From Myxococcota bacterium (GTDB lineage Bacteria; Myxococcota_A; UBA9042; PHBI01; JAWLBL01): DNA of 64,000 nt. Of this stretch, positions 17,734 to 25,841 are shown one piece after another. The stretch is taken from positions 80,647-144,646 of the forward strand of contig JAWLBL010000020.1 of assembly GCA_041687695.1 (NCBI GenBank). Direction: 5' to 3'. A model generated the notes under the pieces. It was not told where the DNA came from. It did not search any database and was given only the letters and a program-made list of their open reading frames with translations. The translations under genes were made by a program, and so were the position numbers. Position 1 is the first letter of the stretch. Each line of letters opens with the position of its first letter.

Positions 17734-19320
17734 TCAGGCCCCCTTCATCCGGTCCTTGAGGCGCGTCAGGGCGTCGTTCAGCTCCAGGCGCGTGAAGGCC
17801 TCGGGATCCTGACCCTGCATCCGGTCGAGCATGGCCGCCATCTCGGGGTTCATGTAGCGCGCGGCCGCTTCCCGATCCGCGGCGGCCAGCGGGTTGCGCC
17901 CGGCGAAGCGGTCGCGGAGGTCCCGAAGCTCGCGGTCCTGCTGCTCGAGCCGCCCGACGATGCGCGACAGGCCGTCCACACGCGCCTGCGCCTGCCGCGC
18001 CAGCTCGGCGTCCCCGGCCCGACGCGCCAGCTGCAGCCTGTGCCCCCAGGTGTCCAGCCCCGTGCGCGCGCGCCCCAGCTGACGTTCGATGTCCTTGTGC
18101 TGCAGGATGATCTCGCTCAGGTACGCCCGCCGCAGCTCGAGCGGCATGGCCCCCGTGGGCGTCGAAGCTTGCGCCGCCGCTCCGCCGATGTCCTCGAGCT
18201 CCGCGTCGCCCGCCTCCTCGACCGGCGCCGCCGGCGCCTCGCCCGGCTTGGGCCGCCCCGCCGCCACCGCGTCGAGCACCGCGCGCGCCGCCGACGCCGT
18301 CCCCTCGGACGCCAGCGCCTCCAAAGCCTTGTCGGCCTCGGCGCGGTCGGGCCCCCCGGGCAGCAGCGCCTCGACGCGCACCGACAGCAGGATGGGGTTG
18401 TCGACGTGGACCGCCGCCCCGTGCTGCACCAGGAAGGCATCGCCGCCCGAAAGGGTGCGGTCGGTGGAGAACAGGACCTGCGGCACCCGCGCATGCACCG
18501 CGGCGGCCGCCTCGGTCGGGCTGGGGCGTCCGACCAGCAGCGCGGCCCCGCGCACCCACGGCTCGAGGTCGGCGCCGGCCTTGGGGCGCTTGCCCGCCAG
18601 GCCGTAGTTCGCCGCGCGCGTCCGGACCAGCTCGTCGATCCCCGGCCGCCCCGACGGCAAGAACAGCAGCGTCAGCTTCTCCGGGTGCGCCAGCGACAGC
18701 TGGAACAGCAGCGGGTCGACCTCGCCCGAGCCCACCCGGGCGAAGCTGATGACCACGTGCGGCTGCTCGTCCAGCGTCCGCGCTTCGACCTCGGCGCCGC
18801 CCACCACGGGACCGCCCACCCGCGCGCGGATCCGGCCATCGCGCAGCGCCGAGAGCTCGCGGGCGGCGGCCGGATGGGCCAGCACGAAGTCGTCACACGT
18901 GACCTGGCTCCACTCGGGATCCACATGGTAGTCGCCGTCGACCGCCACGCGGACCGCGTCCGGCCAGACCTGGGCGGCCGCCGGGAAGGCCAGCTGCGCC
19001 ACGGCCGGGTCCAGCGCGACGACCCCGTCGACCGCGCCCTCGATGGACCGCAGGTGCGACACCAGCCACCCGTCGGGCCCCTGCCCCGCGCGGTCCTCGC
19101 GCAGCGAGCTCAAGACCGACCCCGCCAGGGCCGTGAGGCCGGCCTTCAGGTCCGAGAGCTTCGGCGGCGCCTCCGCGCGCTCGGGCGGAGGCTTGCGCGG
19201 CACGGGCACCGGGACGACCTCGGCGCCGGCGCGGCGCAGCGCGTCCACCAGTCGGGCGAAGGGCAGCGGGAGCGGGGCTCCGGCCGCGGTCAGGGCGGCG
19301 ATCCGGGGTGTGCTGGTCAT
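17734..19320 (-). CDS. Hypothetical protein: degenerate GT-B (MGDG synthase/UgtP-like) region plus PspA-like coiled-coil C-terminus
   Basis: VDGDYHVDPEW..CDDFVL and LLVGRPSPTEAAAA resemble GT28-like blocks; W..R.QLARRAGDAELARQA resembles PspA/IM30. Confidence 0.5.
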   Translation of the reverse strand: MTSTPRIAALTAAGAPLPLPFARLVDALRRAGAEVVPVPVPRKPPPERAEAPPKLSDLKAGLTALAGSVLSSLREDRAGQGPDGWLVSHLRSIEGAVDGVVALDPAVAQLAFPAAAQVWPDAVRVAVDGDYHVDPEWSQVTCDDFVLAHPAAARELSALRDGRIRARVGGPVVGGAEVEARTLDEQPHVVISFARVGSGEVDPLLFQLSLAHPEKLTLLFLPSGRPGIDELVRTRAANYGLAGKRPKAGADLEPWVRGAALLVGRPSPTEAAAAVHARVPQVLFSTDRTLSGGDAFLVQHGAAVHVDNPILLSVRVEALLPGGPDRAEADKALEALASEGTASAARAVLDAVAAGRPKPGEAPAAPVEEAGDAELEDIGGAAAQASTPTGAMPLELRRAYLSEIILQHKDIERQLGRARTGLDTWGHRLQLARRAGDAELARQAQARVDGLSRIVGRLEQQDRELRDLRDRFAGRNPLAAADREAAARYMNPEMAAMLDRMQGQDPEAFTRLELNDALTRLKDRMKGA

Positions 19321-19373
19321 GCGGCGGAGTCTAAGCCAGCGGTCCTTGGCGGTCCACCGCGAGCGCCAGCGCG

Positions 19374-20681
19374 TCAGCCCTCACGCGCGCGGGCGAGGCG
19401 CGCCTCGAGCCGGGCGATGCGCTGGCCCAGGGCGCTGGTGGGCAGCGCCTCGTGTGCCCGGCGCGCGACGGCGAGCGCGGCCTCGAGCTCGCGAGCCCGC
19501 TCGAGCACCATGGCCAGGCGCGTCAGCCCCTGGAGATCGCGTGGGCTGGCCTCGACCAGCCGCTCGAGGGCCTCGCGCTCACCCGCCGCGTCTCCGAGCC
19601 GCCGCCGCGCCTCGGCCAGGGCGGCCAGCACCGGCGCCAACGCGGCGTCGACGGCTGAACGGGCCAGCGGCTCGAGCACCCGCGCCGCGCCCTCGGCGTC
19701 CTTGCGCCGCAGCAGCAGCCGCGCCAGGTTCACGGCCGCCGCCGCGTCCCTCTCGGCGGCCTCGCCCGTCCCCAGGTCGCTGTCGTGCGCCACCCGGTCC
19801 GCCAGCGTCACCATCGACAGCACGTCGTACAGGTTGTGCTCGACCACGGCGGCCAGCGGCTCGGGGTTGCCCGAGCGTAGCCAGTGGTACCAGCAGGTCG
19901 GCACGAGGCTCCCCGGGATGTCGTCGACCCGCTCGAACCCCAGCGCGCGCCGCTCGAGCGTCCCGAGCCGCGTGTCCTCCCACAGCCCCTTGTAGAGGTT
20001 GCGGCTGACGTGCAGCAGATCCAGGTGCGGCCTCAGCTTGAGATCGCACTCGCGCGACGTGTAGAACCGGTTGAGCACCAGCCGGCTCTGCAGGACCGTC
20101 AGGTCGTAGCTCTTGCCGTTGAAGCTGACCAGGAACGGATGACGCTCCAGCGCCTCGACCAGCAAGTGCAACTGCGCCTGCTCGTCGTTGGGCTCCCGCA
20201 GCAGCAGCTGCTCCACGACGACGTCGTCGCCGTCCAGGTAGCCGAGGCCGATGAGGAAGGCCAGGGTGCCCGCCCCGTGGTCCAGGCCCGAGGCTTCGAT
20301 GTCCAGGAACAGCGCCTTCGACGGGTCGAACCCCTCCAGGCGGGCATCGCCCACCAGCCCAGCCAGATGGTCGCAGGTCCGCTCGAACAGCGCCCCGAGG
20401 CGGCGCTCTCCGTGCCAGGACACCGCGCTGTGAGGACGCCGCACGACCCACGCGTCGCCGTGCGGCGTCGTCCGCGCCTGCCCGCCGACCGTCTCCTCGA
20501 GCGCTGGCAGGTCCCGGTTCGCTTCCGCCCAGCGGCTCATCCGCGCCTGCAGCCGCGCGTGGCGCGCCAGACCGTCCAGATCCAGCCCCGGCGCGGGCGG
20601 CTCGGGCGTCGGGGCCGCGGCCGACGACGCATCGCCCGCCTCGCCCAGCGTCCGCCGCAGCCGGGCGCCCAGCCCCTTCAC
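19374..20681 (-). CDS. YprB/MrfB-like RNase H-fold exonuclease with C-terminal TPR
   Basis: LFLDIEASGL, LVSFNGKSYD, HLDLLH, LGTLERRALG..R.DDIPG, HNLYDVLS; GTG overlaps helicase stop. Confidence 0.85.
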   Translation of the reverse strand: MKGLGARLRRTLGEAGDASSAAAPTPEPPAPGLDLDGLARHARLQARMSRWAEANRDLPALEETVGGQARTTPHGDAWVVRRPHSAVSWHGERRLGALFERTCDHLAGLVGDARLEGFDPSKALFLDIEASGLDHGAGTLAFLIGLGYLDGDDVVVEQLLLREPNDEQAQLHLLVEALERHPFLVSFNGKSYDLTVLQSRLVLNRFYTSRECDLKLRPHLDLLHVSRNLYKGLWEDTRLGTLERRALGFERVDDIPGSLVPTCWYHWLRSGNPEPLAAVVEHNLYDVLSMVTLADRVAHDSDLGTGEAAERDAAAAVNLARLLLRRKDAEGAARVLEPLARSAVDAALAPVLAALAEARRRLGDAAGEREALERLVEASPRDLQGLTRLAMVLERARELEAALAVARRAHEALPTSALGQRIARLEARLARAREG

Positions 20682-23032
20682 CGGCGGATCTCCTGGAGCA
20701 GCAGCCGCCCCAGGGCGACCGCCGCGCCGCGCGCCCGCCCGTCGTATCCGGTCATCGGGCCGAGGCACGCCGGACAGCCCGACTCGCCACAGCCGCAGCC
20801 GGCCAACATCCCGAGCGCGCGCGCCAGGACGTCCGGGAACCGCTTGTGCAGCTCGCCCGCGAGGCCCACGCCCCCCGGCATGTTGTCGTACAGGAACACG
20901 GTCGGATCGAAGTCCTCGAGCCGCCCTCGGCCGCCGTCGACCCCGCCACCCTCGATGGGCAGCGACACCCCGGCGCTGCGGTCGCCCACCACCCGGCCCA
21001 GGTCCCCCGAAGCGCACATCAGCGCCACGGTGGCCGTCGTGTGCAGCGCGTGGCTCAGCCCGACCAACCCGTCCAGCGCCGTCGCGCGGTCGTAGGGCAG
21101 CGCCTCGAGGACCGCGCTGGTCATCGTGAACCAGCAGGCCGTCGTGTGCATCTCGAGGTCGGGCAACGTGACCTCGCCGTAGCCCACGTTCTCGCCAGTG
21201 TGAAAGCGAATCTTCTTGAAGCCCGTGACCTTGGACGTGACCAGCACCTCGCCGTGCGCCAGCCCCAGCCGCCCCTCGTGGTCGACCTCCTCCTCGTCCA
21301 GCACGGCCACGCGGCTGTAGGTCATCGCCGTCGTGTAGTAGTCGGGCTCGACCCGCCGCACGAAGGCCTTGTGGTTCGGGTAGTCGAGCCGCTCGACCTG
21401 GTACTGCAGCCCGTCGATGTTGTGGATGGCGTGCTCGTGCAGCGTCGTGTGGGCGCTGCGGAAGTCGACCTCGGCCAGGATGCGGTCCTGCGGGACCTCG
21501 ATGACGACGAAGTTCTCCTCGGGCACGCCGCGCAGGTTCACGTGGGTCGCCGGGAAGACGCGCTCCATCCAATGAAAGCGCCCCTGGCTCTCGTTGAGGA
21601 CTCCGTGGCTCTCGAGGTAGCGCAGGACCTCGGTCGTGTCCTTCAGCGAGAGATCCCCGAACGCCTCGTCGGGCTCGAAGGGCAGCTCGAAGGCCGCGCA
21701 CTTCATGTGGTCGACCAGCACGAACAGGTTGTTCGAGTCGATGCGCGCGTGCTCGGGCGAGGCGCCCAGCAGCGTGTCCGGGTGGGTCACCAGGTACTGA
21801 TCGACCGCCGACGACCGAGCGATCCAGACCGTCAGCGACTTGCCGTGCCGACGCCCGGCGCGCCCGCTCTGCTGCCACAGGCTGGCGATGGACCCCGGGT
21901 AGCCGGCGATGATGCACGCCTCGAGGCTGCCGATGTCGATGCCCAGCTCGAGCGCGTTGGTCGCGACCACTCCGCGGACGGACCCGTCCCGGAGCCCCGC
22001 CTCGATGCGCCGCCGGTGGTTGGGCAGGTAGCCGCCGCGATAGCCCTGCACGAGGTCCGCCGGCAGGTGGGCCTTGGTCACCGCCTCGCGCAGGTACTTG
22101 AGGATGATCTCGACCTGCAGCCGGCTGCCGGCGAACACGATGGTCGACACGCCCGACGTGATGAGGTCGGCGGCCAGGCGGTGGCTGGTCTTCAGCACGC
22201 CCGCGCGCAGGCCCAGCTGCTGGTTGACCACCGGCGGGTTGTAGCAGACCAGGTGGTGCTCGCCCGTCGGGGCCCCAGACTCGCCGACGAGGTCCAGCGC
22301 GACGCCGGTCAGGCGCGTCGCCAGCTCGACCGGGTTGGCGATGGTCGCCGAGCAGCAGATGAACTGCGGGTCGCTGCCGTAGAACCGGCAGATGCGTCGC
22401 AGCCGGCGCAGCAGGTTCGCGACGTGGCTGCCGAAGATGCCGCGATAGGTGTGCAGCTCGTCGATGACGACGTAGCGCAGGTTCTCGAACAGCTTCAGCC
22501 ACTTGGTGTGCTGGGGCAGGATGCCCGAGTGCAGCATGTCGGGGTTGGTGATGACAACGTGGCCGTGGTCGCGCACCGCCCGCCGCGCGTCGGGGGGCGT
22601 GTCCCCGTCGAAGGTGAACGTCCCGATGTCCGCGCCCGTCGCCTCGATGAGCGCGTGCAGGCCCGAGTACTGGTCCTGGCTGAGCGCCTTGGTCGGGAAG
22701 ATGTACAGCGCGCGCGTCTCGGGCTCGCGCAGCACCCGGTCGAGCACCGGCACGTTGTAGCAGAGCGTCTTGCCCGACGCCGTGGGCGTCGTCAGCACCA
22801 GATGCTTGCCGGCCCGCACCGTCGCGATGGCCTGGGCCTGGTGGGCGTACGGCCGCTCGATGCCCAACCGCGCCAGGCTCTCCTGCAGCACCGGGTGCAG
22901 GTCGTCCGGGAACGCCCCGAACCGCGGCAGCCGCGGCGGCCGCACGTGGTGCGCCGTCACCTGCGGGCCGTGCTCTCGGCCGCCGGTCAGGTCCGCGATG
23001 ATGTCGTCGAGGGTCCGCGTTTCCAGCAGCAT
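20678..23032 (-). CDS. DEAD/DEAH-box helicase with C-terminal DUF1998 (MrfA/YprA/Hrq1 family)
   Basis: TPTASGKT, PTKALSQDQ, DELHTYRG, SATIANP, ALELGIDIG, GRAGRR, YDNMPGGVG, CGCGESGCPAC. Confidence 0.92.
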   Translation of the reverse strand: MLLETRTLDDIIADLTGGREHGPQVTAHHVRPPRLPRFGAFPDDLHPVLQESLARLGIERPYAHQAQAIATVRAGKHLVLTTPTASGKTLCYNVPVLDRVLREPETRALYIFPTKALSQDQYSGLHALIEATGADIGTFTFDGDTPPDARRAVRDHGHVVITNPDMLHSGILPQHTKWLKLFENLRYVVIDELHTYRGIFGSHVANLLRRLRRICRFYGSDPQFICCSATIANPVELATRLTGVALDLVGESGAPTGEHHLVCYNPPVVNQQLGLRAGVLKTSHRLAADLITSGVSTIVFAGSRLQVEIILKYLREAVTKAHLPADLVQGYRGGYLPNHRRRIEAGLRDGSVRGVVATNALELGIDIGSLEACIIAGYPGSIASLWQQSGRAGRRHGKSLTVWIARSSAVDQYLVTHPDTLLGASPEHARIDSNNLFVLVDHMKCAAFELPFEPDEAFGDLSLKDTTEVLRYLESHGVLNESQGRFHWMERVFPATHVNLRGVPEENFVVIEVPQDRILAEVDFRSAHTTLHEHAIHNIDGLQYQVERLDYPNHKAFVRRVEPDYYTTAMTYSRVAVLDEEEVDHEGRLGLAHGEVLVTSKVTGFKKIRFHTGENVGYGEVTLPDLEMHTTACWFTMTSAVLEALPYDRATALDGLVGLSHALHTTATVALMCASGDLGRVVGDRSAGVSLPIEGGGVDGGRGRLEDFDPTVFLYDNMPGGVGLAGELHKRFPDVLARALGMLAGCGCGESGCPACLGPMTGYDGRARGAAVALGRLLLQEIRR

Positions 23033-23060
23033 GGCGCGCGCACGGCAGGGCAGGGGTGGC

Positions 23061-23076
23061 CTGAACAAATATCCAG
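23061..23076. promoter_or_regulatory. Candidate LexA (SOS) box upstream of the helicase-exonuclease operon
   Basis: CTGAACAAATATCCAG: AT-rich CTG-N10-CAG sharing the TGAACA half-site with the lexA promoter repeats, 28 bp before the ATG. Confidence 0.55.
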
Positions 23077-23139
23077 GCCGAATCTATCCATCCCCCACGC
23101 CCGGGTCAACGTCGGCGCTGCCCCCTGGTCCCACCCCTC

Positions 23140-23177
23140 TTCGAAACGAGAGAGCCCGCACGCGGCGGGCTCTCTCC
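23140..23177 (-). terminator. Intrinsic terminator after GltF-like copy 1
   Basis: Hairpin gagagcccgc-loop-gcgggctctc followed by tcgtttcgaa. Confidence 0.65.
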
Positions 23178-23197
23178 ATCGGCGACCTCGCCTCGGG

Positions 23198-23443
23198 TCA
23201 CTTGAAGACCCGCTCCTTCGAGGTCTGGAGCAGCGCCGCCTCGAAGCTCTTCTTGAGCTTGAGCAGCCGCTCGAACTCGGGCCGGCGATCCGACTGCGAG
23301 ACCAGCGCCGACGGCGCCTTCCTGGCGCCATCGATGACCTGGTCACCGAAGTCGATGAACTGCTCACGCGGCGGCTTGGCGAACGCTGCGCCCGAGAGGG
23401 TGACGAGGGAGAGAACGGCCACAGAGGCGACGACCTGCTTCAT
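23198..23443 (-). CDS. Small secreted GltF/CglF-like protein (copy 1)
   Basis: Signal peptide; IDFGDQVIDGARKAP...FERLLKLKKSF...TSKERVFK; GGAG RBS. Confidence 0.75.
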   Translation of the reverse strand: MKQVVASVAVLSLVTLSGAAFAKPPREQFIDFGDQVIDGARKAPSALVSQSDRRPEFERLLKLKKSFEAALLQTSKERVFK

Positions 23444-23568
23444 GGAACTCCTCCTTGGGTGGCGACCCGGTCGGACGAGCATGACGCGCCGCGTCAGCGC
23501 TGTCGAAGGACGCACGCTCGGCGCATGTAACCCGGCGTCATCTGCACGCGACGGCCGCTGTCTGGCGC

Positions 23569-23814
23569 CTACTTGAAGACGCGCGCCTTCGACGTCTGGA
23601 TGAGAGCGGGCATGAAGCTCTTCTTCGTCGGTCGGCTCCACGCCACGCAGAAGTGGAAGTCATGGGGAGAGCGCCGAGCAGCAGGTGGTTCGGGAGCTGC
23701 ATCCACCACCCGCCCCTCGGCGTCGTAGCAGGGAAACTTCGCCGCATCCTGATGCGCCCGCGCAGGACCTACGGCCATCGCCATGGCCGCTACAGCGAGC
23801 AGCAAGGAGTTCAC
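23569..23814 (-). CDS. Diverged small secreted GltF/CglF-like paralog (copy 2)
   Basis: GGAGG RBS, signal peptide, conserved tail KKSFMPALIQTSKARVFK; 81 aa like its neighbours. Confidence 0.6.
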   Translation of the reverse strand: MNSLLLAVAAMAMAVGPARAHQDAAKFPCYDAEGRVVDAAPEPPAARRSPHDFHFCVAWSRPTKKSFMPALIQTSKARVFK

Positions 23815-23847
23815 GCGGCCTCCATCGTCGCACCGAGCCGTCGGGTG

Positions 23848-23882
23848 TTCGAAACGAAAGAGCCCGCGCGAGGCGGGCTCCT
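23848..23882 (-). terminator. Intrinsic terminator after GltF-like copy 3
   Basis: Hairpin gagcccgc-loop-gcgggctc followed by tttcgtttcgaa; homologous to 23140-23177. Confidence 0.7.
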
Positions 23883-23905
23883 TCAGGCGGCGACGTCGCC
23901 TCGGG

Positions 23906-24154
23906 TCACTTGAAGACCCGCTCCTTGGACGTCTGCAGCAGGGCGCTCATGAAGCTCTTCTTGAGGTTCAGGAGCTTGTCGAACTTCACCTTGTCGCGGC
24001 TGTCGGTGTACAGCGCGGTCGGCTTTTTGATCTCGCCGTCGATGAGCTGGTCCGAGAAGTCGTAGAACTTGGACTTGGGCTCGTTGGCGTGGGCGAGACC
24101 GGTGAACGCACCGAGAGAGAGCGCGACGAGCGAGGCGGCGAACAGCTTCTTCAT
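23906..24154 (-). CDS. Small secreted GltF/CglF-like protein (copy 3, most canonical)
   Basis: Signal peptide; FYDFSDQLIDGEIKKP...FDKLLNLKKSF; follows the GltE-like gene as gltF does in myxobacteria. Confidence 0.8.
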   Translation of the reverse strand: MKKLFAASLVALSLGAFTGLAHANEPKSKFYDFSDQLIDGEIKKPTALYTDSRDKVKFDKLLNLKKSFMSALLQTSKERVFK

Positions 24155-24245
24155 GACATTCCTCCGGGTGGTTCCAACCGTCGACAGATGATGGCGCAAG
24201 CCCGTCCGCCGCGTCAAGCGGGCAGGGGCATCGGCCGAGGTCGCG

Positions 24246-25820
24246 TCAGGACTCGGTCGGCGCGTCCTGGGCGGGCGCCTCCTCCGGCGCCGGGGTGGGG
24301 GCCTCCTCCTCGGCCGGAGCCGGCGAGGCCTCGGGCGCGGGCGCCGCGTCGCCCTCGGGCGTCGGCTCGGCCGCGGGCGCGGGCGCCGCGTCGCCCTCGG
24401 GCGTCGGCTCGCCCTCGCCCCCCTCGGGCGCCGGCGGCGGCTCTTCCGGCGGCATCATCGCCTTGAGGCCACCCTTGGCGATGATGTCCTTGAGGACCTT
24501 CACGATGCCCTCGACCTTGGTCTTGTCCTCGGGCGACGGGTTGCCCTTGGCCAGGAACAGGTCGAAGTACTTCACCGCGTTATCCAGATCCTGCAGCTTG
24601 ATCTGGTAGATGTCCGCGATGCGCCGGTACAGCTCGCCGCGCTCGGGGCGCTTGGCGACGAAGTCGTCGTAGCAGGCGATGGCCTTCTTCAGCTGCGCCT
24701 TGGGGTCCGCGGCGCCGCCGGCCATGCCGAACGCCGAGTCACACAGGCCCTCGTGCGCCTCGACGTTGAGCGGCTCGACCTCGAGCACGCGCGCGTAGTG
24801 CTCGTTCGCCTCGGCGTAGTTCAGGTGCTCGAGCAACATGGCCGCGATGTTCATGCGGACGTCCATGTTGTCGGGATCCTGGTCGAGCGCGTCCTTGAAG
24901 TAGCGCATCGCCAGCGGGCGCTGCCCGAGCATGATGTAGGTGTAGCCCAGGTTGGTCAGCGCCTCGGTCGACGCCGGGTCCTGCTGCAGCACCTTGTTCT
25001 TGAAGATCCACTCGGCGATGAGCAGCTTGCCCTGCTTGAGGTTGATGAGGCCGCGCGTGTTCAGGCCCGTCACGTTCGTCGGGTCGACGTACAGGACCTC
25101 CTTGACGTAGCGCTCGGCCGTCTCGAGGTCGCCCTGCGACAGGTAGTACAGCGCGACCGCGTTGTTCACGGCCGGGTCGTCGGACGCCTTGGCCTGGACG
25201 CGATCGAGCAGATCCTTGGCCTTGACCATCCAGTCGTCGTGCTCGGCCGTGTTCCCGAGCAGCTTGGCCGTGCGCGCCTTGCCCAGATAGATCTTGGCGA
25301 TGTACGCGTTGGCCGAGGCGCTCTCGGGGTTGGCGTCCAGCGCGCTCTGGTAGACCGTCAGCGCGTCGTTCTGCTTGCCCTGGCGCTCGAGCGTCATGCC
25401 CAGGTTGAAGTAGGCCTCGAGGAAGCCCTTGTCCTTGGCGATGGCCTCCTTGAACTTGGCCGCGCCCGCCTTGTAGTCCGGCTTGGCGCTCACGACCGCC
25501 TTGACGCCGTCGCGGAAGGCGTCCTGCGCCTCCTTGTCGATGCCGTCCAGGTAATCCGGCGCCTTGACGGCCTCGAGCTCGCGGACCTTGAACTCGTCCT
25601 CGCTCAGGCCCGTCTTGCCGGCCTGCCCCTGCGCCCCGGCGCCAGTCTTCCCAGCGCCCGGATCGGTCGCCTTGGCCGTCCCCGTCCCCGCGCCGGTGGT
25701 CCCGGCCGGGTCCGTCGTCTTGACCTGCTGCCCCGACCCGCCGCAGGCCATCAGCGACAGGCCCGCAGCGAAGACCGAGGCGCGCACCAGCTTCTTCATG
25801 TTCCAGATGTACAGGTTCAT
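24246..25820 (-). CDS. TPR lipoprotein, GltE/AglT-like
   Basis: Lipobox LMAC, many TPRs (EAYFNLG, EALTNLG), acidic Pro-rich tail; between GltD-like and GltF-like genes. Confidence 0.7.
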   Translation of the reverse strand: MNLYIWNMKKLVRASVFAAGLSLMACGGSGQQVKTTDPAGTTGAGTGTAKATDPGAGKTGAGAQGQAGKTGLSEDEFKVRELEAVKAPDYLDGIDKEAQDAFRDGVKAVVSAKPDYKAGAAKFKEAIAKDKGFLEAYFNLGMTLERQGKQNDALTVYQSALDANPESASANAYIAKIYLGKARTAKLLGNTAEHDDWMVKAKDLLDRVQAKASDDPAVNNAVALYYLSQGDLETAERYVKEVLYVDPTNVTGLNTRGLINLKQGKLLIAEWIFKNKVLQQDPASTEALTNLGYTYIMLGQRPLAMRYFKDALDQDPDNMDVRMNIAAMLLEHLNYAEANEHYARVLEVEPLNVEAHEGLCDSAFGMAGGAADPKAQLKKAIACYDDFVAKRPERGELYRRIADIYQIKLQDLDNAVKYFDLFLAKGNPSPEDKTKVEGIVKVLKDIIAKGGLKAMMPPEEPPPAPEGGEGEPTPEGDAAPAPAAEPTPEGDAAPAPEASPAPAEEEAPTPAPEEAPAQDAPTES

Positions 25821-25841
25821 GGTCGCGTTCTCCTCGGTCCC

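Noticed and set aside
19374..23032. DUF1998 helicase as a DISARM/Druantia-type defence system
   Set aside because: Helicase and DUF1998 are one polypeptide coupled to a YprB-like exonuclease, the housekeeping MrfAB arrangement; no methylase or other defence genes nearby
24330..24415. Direct DNA repeat in the GltE-like gene tail
   Set aside because: Encodes a duplicated low-complexity EPTPEGDAAPAP linker; not a separate element
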